A DNA stretch of 64,000 bases. It comes from Girardia tigrina. Taxonomy: Eukaryota. A model generated the notes under the pieces. The model had not been told where the DNA came from. It saw only the letters and a list, made by a program, of their open reading frames with translations, and made no database searches. Of the stretch, positions 14,301 to 28,205 are shown one piece after another. The stretch is from NCBI GenBank assembly GCA_001938485.1, contig MQRK01182251.1:14024-78023 (forward strand), read 5' to 3'. Within the stretch, counting starts at the first letter, position 1. Each line of letters starts with the position of its first letter. The position numbers and the translations under genes were made by a program.

Positions 14301-17300
14301 AATTAAAAACGTATAGAGGACACAATCACATGGCAGAGGACATGATCAGGATCTTTTCAGGACGGCCTCTTTCAATGCGAATTTTCTAATGTAACTGTAT
14401 CAAAAAATGATGAAACGACTGTTAAAACAAATGATGTTAATCAGTGAGAGGGTCAGTTATCTAAATGATGACTGTCTCTGAGGGGGGCATTCGAATATGG
14501 GCCAAGATGTTCCAGAACATACTCTCAAAATCTTGATTTTAACACCTTAAATTTAAAATGTTCACCTTTAAATGTAATTTTAGAATATTTATTATAAGAT
14601 AAAGGTCTATTTTGTTAACCGGTTGTGTATGCATCGACGAAGTGTTCCTGGGAAAGTAGATGGAGAGATATCTCGAGAGAATTATGAGAGCAACTCTAGA
14701 AGTTTGAATCTAGAAAGGGTAGCGCCTATAATAAGCTGATTTCTTCTGTTACAGGATAATCGCTTGGACTCCTTGTAAGAGCGAATTAATGTTCAGCTAT
14801 TGTGAACTCTAATTTGCTATTACAAAGCAAATAGATTAAATGAATAAAAAGACCGAATACACAGAACGCTTGATTATGAAACACAAGAATAACGGAAGGA
14901 TAAAAAGAAGTAACTATAACGTATCACCGCAAAACGAAATGAGTCACTTGGGGAANNNNNNNNNNNNNNNNNNNNNNNNNNNNNNNNNNNNNNNNNNNNN
15001 NNNNNNNNNNNNNNNNNNNNNNNNNNNNNNNNNNNNNNNNNNNNNNNNNNNNNNNNNNNNNNNAATTAATGTCTGAGGAATTGTAGTGCCTTTGCGAAAT
15101 GATATTGAGACCAAAATTCGCTAACGAAATTATGACTTTGCGAAACGATATTAAGACCAAAATTCGTCAACGAAAATTAGGGTTAATAATTCTGTTTTGA
15201 ATATTTGTATCCACAGTTTCAGACGGTAACTAATTCAAACTAGCGGTATCTGATTCTTGTTGTCTATCCGCAGCCCAATATCAATTATTATCTTCGGTAA
15301 TAGGTTATTTTCTTTGAAATTAAATTCTTCGCTTCTTTATTTTTTNNNNNNNNNNNNNNNNNNNNNNNNNNNNNNNNNNNNNNNNNNNNNNNNNNNNNNN
15401 NNNNNNNNNNNNNNNNNNNNNNNNNNNNNNNNNNNNNNNNNNNNNNNNNNNNNNNNNNNNNNNNNNNNNNNNNNNNNNNNNNNNNNNNNNNNNNNNNNNN
15501 NNNNNNNNNNNNNNNNNNNNNNNNNNNNNNNNNNNNNNNNNNNNNNNNNNNNNNNNNNNNNNNNNNNAGATAAAAATGGTACATAAAGAATAAATGTGAA
15601 TAAAGAAAACTGTCCCGCATTCAAATATGAATTTACCCTTTGTTCATACCGAAACAACGAGATACACATACAATGGAATTGTCGGAAGATGGGACAAAAC
15701 GAAAGAAAGGAAACAAGTATNNNNNNNNNNNNNNNNNNNNNNNNNNNNNNNNNNNNNNNNNNNNNNNNNNGGTATCTGATTCTTGTTGTCTATCCGCAGC
15801 CCAATATCAATTATTATCTTCGGTAATAGGTTATTTTCTTTGAAATTAAATTCTTCGCTTCTTTATTTTTTTCTCATTAAAATCCAATAATCAATTTTTA
15901 ATGATTTTTTCCTTTTGAAATTTAATTATTGCTAATAGCAATAATTAAATAATAATTATCAGGGTTAAAAAAAATAGTGGGGATAATATAACCTTCTGCT
16001 TATTTTTTTATTCTTTCCCTTATCTTCTTCTTTCTTTTTTGATTGAACTTCTTCTTACTTCGTCAAAAAAATATAACACATAAAAAAAAATAGATAAAAA
16101 TGGTACATAAAGAATAAATGTGAATAAAGAAAACTGTCCCGCATTCAAATATGAATTTACCCTTTGTTCATACCGAAACAACGAGATACACATACAATGG
16201 AATTGTCGGAAGATGGGACAAAACGAAAGAAAGGAAACAAGTATTAAAAAAAATTGCTAAAAACATGAACAACACATGAATATCACGTATTACAGTTAAA
16301 TTAATGAAAAATAAAAGGAACAGCAAAATAAGTAGGGCACTACACTCCTGAAATGATCTAAGATTAATTAGTTCTGAAATTGCTCTTAGAGCTTTCAAAA
16401 GAACACTAATATGATTTTCGAAACTTATTATCATAGCAAGTTGATTTGACCTAAGGACAATTATTAACAAAACTTTCTCCGGTTCACATGATTCAATTGA
16501 TTTTCTGATTGTAATTTCAAATTATTTGAACTAACATTGGAATAAAACAATTTATAACTTATAAAATTTATTGGTTAACAATAAAATCAATTTTAATTAT
16601 TTTTATAGGAATTACTAAATATAACACACTTTTTACTAAATATACCACAAAACTTTAATAAATACTAATTTACTAAATAGACCACAAAAATTTATTTATT
16701 TTAAAAAAGAGAAAAAAGAAAAATCTACCACATTATTAAGTGTAATTGCAAATATTATTATTTTTAAATTTTACTTGTGTATAGCTAGAAAAATGAATTT
16801 TCAAAGAAATCAATCCTTCAGCTATAAAATCACTTTACTTTTATTTTAACAAATTTTACTTTATCATTATTATAAATAAATAGCCCAGAGTGAATGAACC
16901 AACTCATCAAGGGCTTTTAATTACAGTCGTATGTAATTGAAATTGATTCTTCTTATAAGTTTTTGTTGCAATAAGGTTTATGAATTTTTTTAAACATTAA
17001 CCATTTCATATAAATAAATATATATTTTCAATAACAACTAGAAAACAAAAAATTTTATTTATGACTTTTTTAAAAAAAAGAAATTGATTTATAATAAAAT
17101 TAAAAATAAGTTTGAAATAAAATATAAAATACATAATTAAAAATATATGTCGAAAGATGATACAACAATATTGTAAATAAAATATTTAATTGAAATCGGG
17201 ATTTAAAGTGGTACGTCGGGCGCATTGACAGTATGAATCTGAATAGACAAAGGAATGTCAATATGATGCAAATATAATGGGTAACTGAATTCAACTATTT

Positions 17301-20300
17301 CCGTTCCCAGTTTACCACAAAAGGCACTTGTGAACACAACATCAAGGAAAGGATAAAGAAAGGGAGAACCAGGGAACTAAGGGAACTCAGTCCGATAATC
17401 AAAAGTAATATGCTTACCCTAAGAAGTAAAAAGGTACTGATTAAAAGCTGTATATTTCCTATCGTATACTATGGCTCGGAGAACTGGCGTACAAACGAGA
17501 GCCTCATCAGAAAACTTGAAGCCCTACATAACGCGTGTACAAGAACAGCACGTAATGTAGATAAGAAAGATCATATCAGAATGGACTCGATCAGTAACGG
17601 ATTAGATCATCCAGTGAACATCGTTGCCAAAAGATGGCTTCTGTTCCACATCCCGTTGACTACAGAGAAGGTCAGCTTGTGTTCAAAGAACTCTAAAAAG
17701 CACAATGGAATGCAATAGAAAGATCGCGGGAAGAAGCAAACAGAAACTCGAAGAATTCTTACGGATCGATGCGGAATACCTATTCGGAGAGACCGCCTCT
17801 GTTGACTCTGTTATCAGCCTGTTAGTAGATGGCGCTCAACTCTGAGAGAGAGACAGGCTCGATCATTTAATCAGAAACAGGAGTATCGTAGGGAGGAAGA
17901 CCGAAGATCTACCGAATATGATCAAACCGAGAATGAAAATAGTCTATTCGTGTCTACGTTTTGTTTCGAAATCTTCCTGGTTCTCAATTATTATTCTCAA
18001 TTATCATCTCGATTATTTTCAACCTATTTCTAAATTTTCTTCCAAATACTATTTCAGCTAGTGACACCCATGAACGAGCTTGTATTGCATCATTCAATAT
18101 AAAATAAATTTCTGATAAAAGTTCTGTTCAATCTCTATGATCTCTATCTATTTTTTTTGAATTTTGCATGTTTGATCACTGATATAAACCTTCATCAAAA
18201 GTTTAATAAGAAATAAGAGATGCTTCATAGAAAACTGATCGTCATTTATCGAACTATTGACAAACAATTCCTTGACTTTTAATAATTCGACCTCAATGAT
18301 TGAAAAAATAATTAAATATAGCATTAAAGCCTGACAATTCATCTGATAGCTGAAAATTAATTCTCTTAGAACATTCTAGGTAAGAAACGGTTGAGCACAA
18401 ATGACTGTTTCTTTATTTGTAAAATTGAATAAAGAAGCCAAGAAAAACTTCAACTAACAGACAACATTTTTTCAAATATTTGAATTTTTAAATCAGCAAA
18501 TGATTCCTGAAAACTGTCCAGACATGAATTATTATAATTTAATTATGTTTGTATGCATATTGTGATTGAAATATTTGAGATAGTTATTGCATGTGATGGT
18601 GACCTATATGAGCATCCATTGTTGTATGTATAAACCTTCATGATAAATGAATTAATGGATGTATTTTGCTTTCAGTTTTAACTTATTCTCAAGGTTCTTA
18701 ATTAAAATGTTTCGTTACTTTAGGGAAATCCTGTTTGATATATTATTTTAACTGCAATACTTGATTAAATAAACGTGAAAATGATAATGAAGAAACTGAA
18801 ATGATCAAATTTGATAATATTATATGAAAAATATATTTCCTCATCATAAATATTTTAAGACTCACCTTCCACAGGTTTAGATTGCATTTGCTCTAAGTCT
18901 TCTCTGAATTCCTTAACAGTAGATACAATATATGTATCCAAATTTGCACATAATGTATATAATCGTTTGATAGCTTTCTCCATGGTGCTAGCCTTATTGG
19001 TTCCAGTACTAGCAGTAAGACCAATTATCTGAGGTACTTTTTTCCCGGCCTTTTTTTCTTTAAAATAATGATTCATTATTTTATTGTAGGGATGTTTTTT
19101 GTCACAATTATGACACTCATCAAAAAGAATTAATGAAAACACAGATATGGACCTAAAACATATAGTTCATAAATCATGAACAATATAAATCGTTCTTTTC
19201 TAATGATAATGATTTTTCATTAAAATAATAAAAAAATTTATTAGTTAAATCGATGTCCGAATTCATTTTTTTATAATTATAATATTTTTTCATTTATTTT
19301 TTTACAATTATAATTATAATATGAGAAAATAATTTATTATTAATATATAAATGTATATTATTATTGTCACGTTCCTTCCGTCTATAATTAATAAATATTT
19401 ATTTGTGCTTTGTCTTTTATTTTTTTTCACCTTGTAAATTTATAACTTTTAAATTGGGATTACTAAAGAAGAAATATTTGTTATCTGGACTTTTTCAGTT
19501 AGTGTTTTTGTTTTGGTTGCTTGGCGACTTGTGTGATAAAAATGATTAAATGAAACACTATTTGAATTTGAAGGTGTTCTGGTTTTGTTTTCCGATATTG
19601 TGAATGTGAGTATCGAACTCAGGAGTTTTATCAGAGAACAAAAATCGAAAGAATTCATTTTTTTATAATTATAATATTTTTCATTTATTTTTTTACAATT
19701 ATAATTATAATATGAGCAAAAAGTTAAATTATTATCGACAAAATATTAACAAATTTTATATATTTTTTCTAATTTAACAATCATTTCGCCGACCTTTATT
19801 ATTTAAATAATATTTTATTTATCCTAAAAAATTCTAAATTTATGAACTTAATAAATTTTCCCAAATTTAAAGATAAATTTATTTTACTTTAATTTTTTGT
19901 TCCAAAAACTAAAAATAATATTTAAATTTACTTTGCTTTAATTATAAATTTTTCAAAAATTAAAAAAATATTTAATTAAACATAAATTTTAAATATTTAT
20001 TTTATACCTAGATTTTATCTTCTGTATATCTATTTGAAATTTAATTTTTTTAAATCTCAATCAGCGCAACGAAACTTAACAACTTAATAAAAGTAAAGAG
20101 GTAAATTGATTTGAAATTACTGTTCCCTAAATAAAATATTTTTGTAAGGGTAACAAATAGATTGGTATGGCCACTGTTTGCACTTATATATAAAACCAGT
20201 ATACTTTCTTGAACAAAAAATTCACTACCCGTTAAGAAATGAAATAAAACCCATGATGAAAGGTTAGATCTGAAAATGGGTAACAAATGGTATACAAATT

Positions 20301-23300
20301 CAGGAAAAATTGGGCTTTTTAAGAATTATGTATAAGTTTTTAGGAAAAGAATCTACAAATTAAAAATACAATGTTTTGAATAATTATTTTCATGTTTTAT
20401 TCAAAGAATAATATATTACCTTAATTTATCAAAAATTCCCACTAGTCTTTAATGCCCAAGAAATTACATTCTAGTCAATCTATAAATTGATTTGAAACGG
20501 GGTAGATAGAACATTTTTCATAAAAAAATACAGATTAAAAAACACTTAATTATGTTTTGGTCCATTGATTTAGAAATCACATATCATGGTTTTAATATTC
20601 TAAAACACTCTTAAACAGTAGAAGTCCGTGGATTAAAAACCTTGGACTAAATCTCCAAGACTGAATCTTTAAAGGGCCTTAGGTTTAATATAATAATATA
20701 AATATGATGACAAATTAGAGATGGCTTTTAATATGGTCATTCATATTGAACCACTAATGGAGAAAAAGGAAATGGAGTAGGATTTTTAACTAAACTTCCA
20801 TATAGTGGCTTTGATTTTTTTGAGTATCCGTTTAAAATATTCAAAACGAAAGTCAAACTAAAACAAACTAAATTATTGACACTCAACGAATACACCGTAA
20901 TACATAAGGGACATCTAGAAGCAGTAACACTCAATTATGACTTATTAGTTCGAAGAGATTTTACCTGCGAAAGTCAATTTGAGGGAGACTATGAGAAGTC
21001 TTGTGTTGGAAAATTTGCCTCTGACAATCGAGACAGATTGACCTTACGTAAAGAATTCTGTGAAATGAAGATATTAAACATATTTTATATACACTAGATA
21101 AATAAGAATGCGAATTGGGACATCCCAATAACAAGAAAATGTGAGCTACTGAACTTCTTTATCGTAGAGAAGAGAGCCATATATAAAATGAGATATGTTC
21201 ATAGCATATCTCAATAAGACTGTGAGGGAAAATTCTAAATGTTGGAAGTTTGTTGTTTGTGTGCTGTTTAGATTTGTGACTCTCCTACTCAGATGGGATT
21301 GATATACTATTGATTAATTACTTAAATCTCATGAGATTATTTAATGAGATTAATGTTTAAATACTAATTAATTAAATGTTTTGTAATTATAAATTTTAAT
21401 AATATTTTAGTAAACGATTTTAACTTATTGAATTTAATATAATTTAAAAACTAATGTCTATTTTAAAATTTACTTAATGCATTTTTATCCAATTAAATTT
21501 CGAGAAATTAAAGTTAGTATTAATAAAATCTCATTCATTAACCTAAGGTTTGAATATTTTTTTTGTTTTCACGCAAATTGTGATGTTGCTAATATGGTGA
21601 CCACAACTCATGTGACAACGAATATTATTTGGATGTGAAAAATTCAATGGATCAGAATAGGATTTGGAAGATTTCATTGATAATTTTGAACGCCATTCCG
21701 AAATTATGGTTATAGCAGAAGAGAGAAAAATAATGATGGTGACAATGTTTATAACACCATGGGCAATAAAAAAAATATTCAGAGATGGATGGTAAAAATT
21801 AAATAAAAATTGAAGCCTGCATTTACCAAAAAAAAATGCATTCTGGATATTATGAAAGATTTGTTTAACCTACGATGGGGATCCTCCAAACCAGAAGAAA
21901 CATACAAAAAAAGCAAAAGAACTAGTGAATATACAAAAGAATTAGTGAAAAAGAACTAGTGAATACAAAAGAAAAATTGTCTAAAAAGAACTACTCAACC
22001 CGAAAACGATGAGACACATCGAAAAAGGAAGGCAATTCGAGCAATTGTTTTTAAAGGAAAGACAGAAAAAACGCATTTCCCTTAATAATGATGAAGTTTA
22101 AAAATCTATCTAAGATGGAAATTTCAGAATGGCAAAACTCTATTGGAATCTAAAACTCTTGGGTCACAGAGAATCTAGAATTACTAAGCTACTAACATCT
22201 GAAATCAATTCGTCATCTTTCGAGCGCCGACAATCTTCATTCATTTCATGAATCTATGCCATTTGATATGGGTTTCCCGGCCGTACTGTTGATTTTGTGC
22301 AAAATATTTCTGTCTTTCATTGAATCTTTGATCATTTTCGTAGCATTGTGTCCGATAGTGGTCATTCTTGTTACAAAATTAACATCTTACCTTTGGACAA
22401 TCTTCCGTATGCGTCCTACTTTATTACATGCCCAGCATATAATAACTGGCTTTTTGAATTGATTTCTGTTATACGAGTTGTTTTGACTCGTTCGTTGCAT
22501 ACTTTCTTTTAAAGTGTTTATTGTTTGGTCTTGTTGATAAAATTGAGATTTATTTGATCTCTTTCGGTATTCTACAGTCTTCCAGTTGTCTTGATATTTA
22601 TCGTATTTGGTGCATTAAAAGCTGCAAATGGAAGAGTTTCTTCAATTTTCTTTAATTTTTTCATTTTGCCAACGATTTCCTTGATATCAGTAGCATCTGG
22701 ATTCCCTCAAAGAATAATCGCTTTTTCTACGTCGTAGTTGTTAACCGTACTTAAATAAACCAGATTTGAGAGCTCCACTTTATTTTTTTAAGTCAATTGG
22801 TCGATCAATTGATCAGCAATTTTGAACATCTTCACTGGATGAACAGTAATAATTTTAAGATTGATAATTTTAGAAATTATATCCAAAATATTTTTTCTTT
22901 GACAAAGACTGCTCTGAGTTTGTCGACATATGTTTTACCTGTGGCCGCTTCATATTTTTCGATTGCTTCAGTCGTTAAAAATAATGTTACCATAAGAATC
23001 CTTGTTTCAGCTATCTCCATAAATTGGGAATATCGATCGAAATCTTTAATAAATGTTTCCAAACGAGCATTATCCCAATCGAAAATATCGGGTCCTTTGA
23101 TTGTTAGATTCATTGTAGGAATGGTCGCCATGTTAATTACTCCGCACGTTTCAGTATTTTTATGAAGAAAACAAGATTTTTCTTTTGAAATCATTTATTT
23201 ATCAAAAACAATATAAAATCACGAAAAATTTATTTATCATCCAAAAACACCAAACTATTCACAGGTACAAAACTTATACCCCTGACATATATTTGCCATA

Positions 23301-26300
23301 AATCGATGTTTCTTGGGGTGTTTCTCTCTTCCGGGATCCTTGTCAGCCTTTTTCGAGTGTAATTCATTTTTTTCAATATTCTCGAAATAAATAAATAATA
23401 AGCTTTGAGTCAGCGATATGGTATTACAGGCTAATTCCTCGGATATTTCTTTTTGGGAATATGAAGGATCCCTCAGTAAAAACTAGGAAATTTTCGATTT
23501 TACAACAGAGGTTGTCTGTTGTTTTTTCCCTGGCTTGTACCCCAACAATTCTTCATCTTGAGCACCGTCCGTGATTTTATTCATTATTTTGTAAACCGTT
23601 GGCAATGAAAGTTCCTATTCTTCTGAAATTTTTTGAAGCGTATAGCCCTTTTCTACTCCTCTCCGTATCTTTTTGACGACTTGTATCGTTAATGTTTGAC
23701 GCTTTTTGCGTGTTTTTGTTAAATTGTCAGTATTCCCATTATTTGAATTGCTTATATGAAGTTCGTCAGTCATGTTAATTAAAAAATTTGATTAATTGTC
23801 TTTTATATTTTATTTTTATATAAATCAATCAATATATAATATATAACAACCAAAGAAACCAAACCACTTGTTACGGGAGGTATTTTTTTAAGATGTGCCT
23901 TTCAATATAATAGAGCTTTTTTAATATAATAAAGCATACTTTTTAATATAATAAAGCATACTTTTTAATATAATAAAGCATACTTTTTAATATAATAAAA
24001 AATATATTTTATTTTTAATATTTTATTTTTAATAAAATAACAAACATGGCGCCAGTCAATGATGAATTCTTCAAAAAATGTTTCTGTTGTTTTCTGCAAA
24101 AATGAATTTATAACAGAATCAGAACTAGAATCTTGAATGAAACATTTTCTTAGAGGTATGTGTAAGATTTAAATATTCAACCACGGTTATAAACCACATA
24201 CCTTGAATGCACTGCTTACACTCTCAGGTGTTATCGTTTCAATACATGCTTTTATCCACACTGATACAATCCAATACGTCGGTAACTTAATATTTCCTTT
24301 AGTAGTTCGATTTGTTGTGTTTTCAACAGCCGCTGTCATGTAAGCATCGAACTTAGTGTTATTAAAAGTTTGAAAGGATTGATTTACTGATACATTTAAA
24401 GGTTATAGCCCGGTATTAATTCTTAAAAAATGTTAAACCTCAATTTATATATACTTCACAATTCTTGAACGACCTTGACATGCACAGGATATGAATCTAA
24501 AATTATTAAAACGGGTTCCTTCAAAAAGGTAGTTTGAATTCTTTTTTTATAAAATTTTGAAGATAACCTTTAAGAATGTCTTTGTTTCACATTGCTGTAT
24601 TATTCACGTCAACATTAAATCCATCAGCAACATTTGGTTTGTTTTGTAATTTAGAAAATAAAAGATGGTTATAGATGAGCTTTCTCGATGCAGCTATCGA
24701 TGGTGTAAAATTAAATCTTTTGCGATTTGAATTGGCTTTTTTCAACAGAATATCACGTGAACCCTTGACGGCAATTGTTGTATCAGGTTTATGCTCAAAA
24801 TATTGTAACACCTGATCGAAATTTATTGTATTGCCTGGTTTTATACTTTTACTGGTAATTAATACTTCACATTAATTGATAAAGAATTTAGCCATGTCCA
24901 CATAGTCTGTGGGAAGGGTTTTTGTGATTTTTACCTATGTAACACAAGGTCGTGTCATTCTCGAAACTTATAAATCCATGATTTTGAAGCCTCAAAACTT
25001 TCCAATAGCACCATTATTTAAATATATTATTCTTTAGAATCTGTATCCACCGCCTTTTCAATTTCTTCATTATTACTTATGTATCATTACTAATGTTTTA
25101 ATTATCAAATACGCATGTAAAAAAATCAAAATGGGAATCTTGAAGAGGGATGTTTTGCGAACTTTTAAGTAAATTTTATATTTTATATTTACCGTAATTT
25201 GTTTTTCTAAAGTGTATAACAATAAATGAACCATATATTTTTATTAAAACCTAAAATGATTTTATAATTTAATATTAAAAAATTATAACAATAAATATAA
25301 ATCATATTAAAGAATATTTAAAGAAAATTCATTATAAATAGATATATAGTCGAAAATTTTAATAATTTTCAATTTCGTTTCTCTTTCATTAAGAATATTA
25401 TTAGAAAGATAAATTTAATATCAAAAGTATTAATATCATCATAATTTTACAGATTAGTCGAAAACATTCCGGGATGCAAACTAAACCACAGTCTTCATCT
25501 TTAATATTGGAATTAATTTTTTTTAATTATGAAAATTTAATTTCAATATTCTATATTTTTTAAAGATAAATATTTAAAAATCCAAATAGGTCGCGCACCA
25601 AAAATATCGGAATAATTAACACATTGCTCGAAATATTTTGGGGAAGACGTTGGAAAACAGATTAGATAAATGACATTTCCGTTACAGATTTGGCAGAGGC
25701 AAGATACAAGAAATTATTACTATCTATATGATTTAGGAAGAGAGATATATACATCAGAAGGTTTTGAAAGTGTACCTAGATATGTTCTCTTATCACGCTT
25801 ACAAGATGGGGAATTTTGTAATGAATAATCTATCATTTGCAAACTCCATTTAGAAAATCCAATTCAAAATAAATAGAGGTTTCAGGATGTGGTGTGTAAT
25901 GAGATCTTGTTTATTCAAAATTGTCTTTTATGAAGTGAAAAAATGCTATATTTTATGGACTTGCCGAAAAAGTTAAACATGGGCCAACATAATCTTTACG
26001 AGGAAACCAACACATAATTACCGATGCCAGCTATGCACGAAAAGTTACTCAACTCAAAGATGGCTGACGAGACACGACTGAAACTACCACAAAACAACAG
26101 AAGTATCAACAAAAGTAACATCATTTGAGCAGGAGCGGTATAACTCAGAAAGGAGTTAATAGAGTTAGTAAGTCAACTAAATCAGCTTGAGGCATGTAAA
26201 ACCAGGGAACATTCAAACACGGTTGGTCATTTTTCACAAAACCGAAGAATGTTCATAAGCAGAAGGCTGAAGGTAGCAGAAGGTAAGCAGAAGGTAGGGG

Positions 26301-28169
26301 GCCTATCGGGTGGCTGCAAGTCTCTTTAGTTTAGGTGAACTCTCTAAAGAGCCTCAGACTCAATACCATTGAAAGAGATTGGAAGTCCATCTATTTCAAC
26401 AAAACATTTTCTAACACAAATAAATGTTTCAATATTTGTTCTATATTATTTTAATAATATGATGCACAATAAATTAACTTACTTCAATTTTGTTTCGTTC
26501 TCTTCTTCTAAAGCATTTTTTAGAATGTCTGAAGTTAATACAAATAAATCAAAGCTATTCAAATGTCCTATAAGAGGTTGGCTTGATGATTTTGAAGACC
26601 CACTTAAATTAGTTATTCTACATGTTAGATATTGACGAAATTGGTTACATTGCTGCTCAACAAGAGCGATCCGATGAACCAGAAAAGCGACCTTTCCGTT
26701 TGTATTTGCGTTTAAATGCTCCTATAATAAGATAACTATACATTTTGCGTTATATTGATGAAACATATTCTATTAAAAGTACAAAATGTAAAATAAATTC
26801 AAAACCTTACATTAAATGTAAGTCAAGATACTTTCCCTCAATCATATTCATCTTTTTATACTATTTGTATAGAAAAACAATTTGTGGGAGCCTATCAAAT
26901 TTTGTCGATTTTCGCTAGAAGCATTTCTTAAAAACACATTTGATTTTTTTAAAAAATTGAAGAACGTATTTTATAAACATAAAAAATAGTTTGATGAGAT
27001 TTCTGTCATCTTTAGAGATCTATTCAAATAAAATGTAATATTTGTACCAAAATTGAATTTCACAAAGAATTTACAGTAGTACTTTGATTTACTGCCGCGG
27101 CCTTTATTTGATGCTGTTTCGAAGATACGTTGTTAAATAAAAGGCGGTGTTTATGTTACAATTAAAAAAGGTTCCTCTTCGACAAATGGGGAACAAGCCG
27201 TCGTGGAACAAGCCGTTGAAAGACAGGTATCGCGAATTTGGTAATAACTTATTAAAAATTGAAAGACAACTACTTGACCTCAAATTTGCAGGAAATCATT
27301 ACACCCCAAGCAAGGGTGACATTGTGAAATGGATAAAAGAACTGTGAATTAAAATGTTACATGAAATAACTATTACGTTTCCTGAAGTGTACGATATAAT
27401 TAGTTCATAACTTAAAATCATTCATTTTTTCAATTTTTTTATTTTAAAGCTCTTTAATGAATGGGATGGGATGCCTACATTGGTGAGACAAATCAATTTA
27501 TGAAAACCCAGATTATTAAGTATTCGCTTTCATGTCAATCGAGTAAAGTTCTTTATCATTAAACGCTTCCAGAAATAGAATCTATTATGTTTCAAATGGA
27601 TGAGTTTTCTGTTCTACTGAAGAGCTTGGATTCACACTACGAGTGGCAGTTCCATAAATCATAATTGATGAAACAATGAAACAAATTCTTAAAAGGTTTT
27701 TTTATTTAAATAAAAATTGTACCATCAATAATCAATAAAATCCTGTAAAAATTATTTATTTCAAAATCTACTATTTCTAAGTTGTCAATTAAGTAAAAGT
27801 ATACTTTGCATGATTAATTTCTAACGCATTTACTGTGACAAAATATTACACATAAGACATTCCATTTCACATCTGAGCATTTAGAAATAAGTATTATGGC
27901 TCAGGTTTTGAAAGGATTCAACTTTTTTGGCATCATCAAATCAGTATATAGTTTTAAACGGTTCCATGACAATTCTACACAAGACAATTCGACACGTACT
28001 ATTTGAACCATATTTTTTAATTTGACACATAAATGAAATGCGATATTTTCATTGTAATTAGACATTTTCAATAACTAGATTTTTATTTGGACTTTAGATT
28101 TTAATTAATATATATATATATATATATATGGCTTTATGGTATTTTTTCCATTCTTTTTATTAGCTTATT

Positions 28170-28205
<36 letters not shown>

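Noticed and set aside
15246-16243. Exact direct repeats (15246-15345 vs 15771-15870; 15569-15720 vs 16092-16243)
   Set aside because: They abut N gaps and look like scaffolding or gap-filling artefacts
19259-19716. About 67-bp AT-rich direct repeat flanking a 330-bp segment
   Set aside because: Low complexity with no LTR/TIR hallmarks; local duplication or assembly overlap, not assignable
23917-24000. CRISPR-like array
   Set aside because: Head-to-tail minisatellite with no unique spacers, in a eukaryotic context
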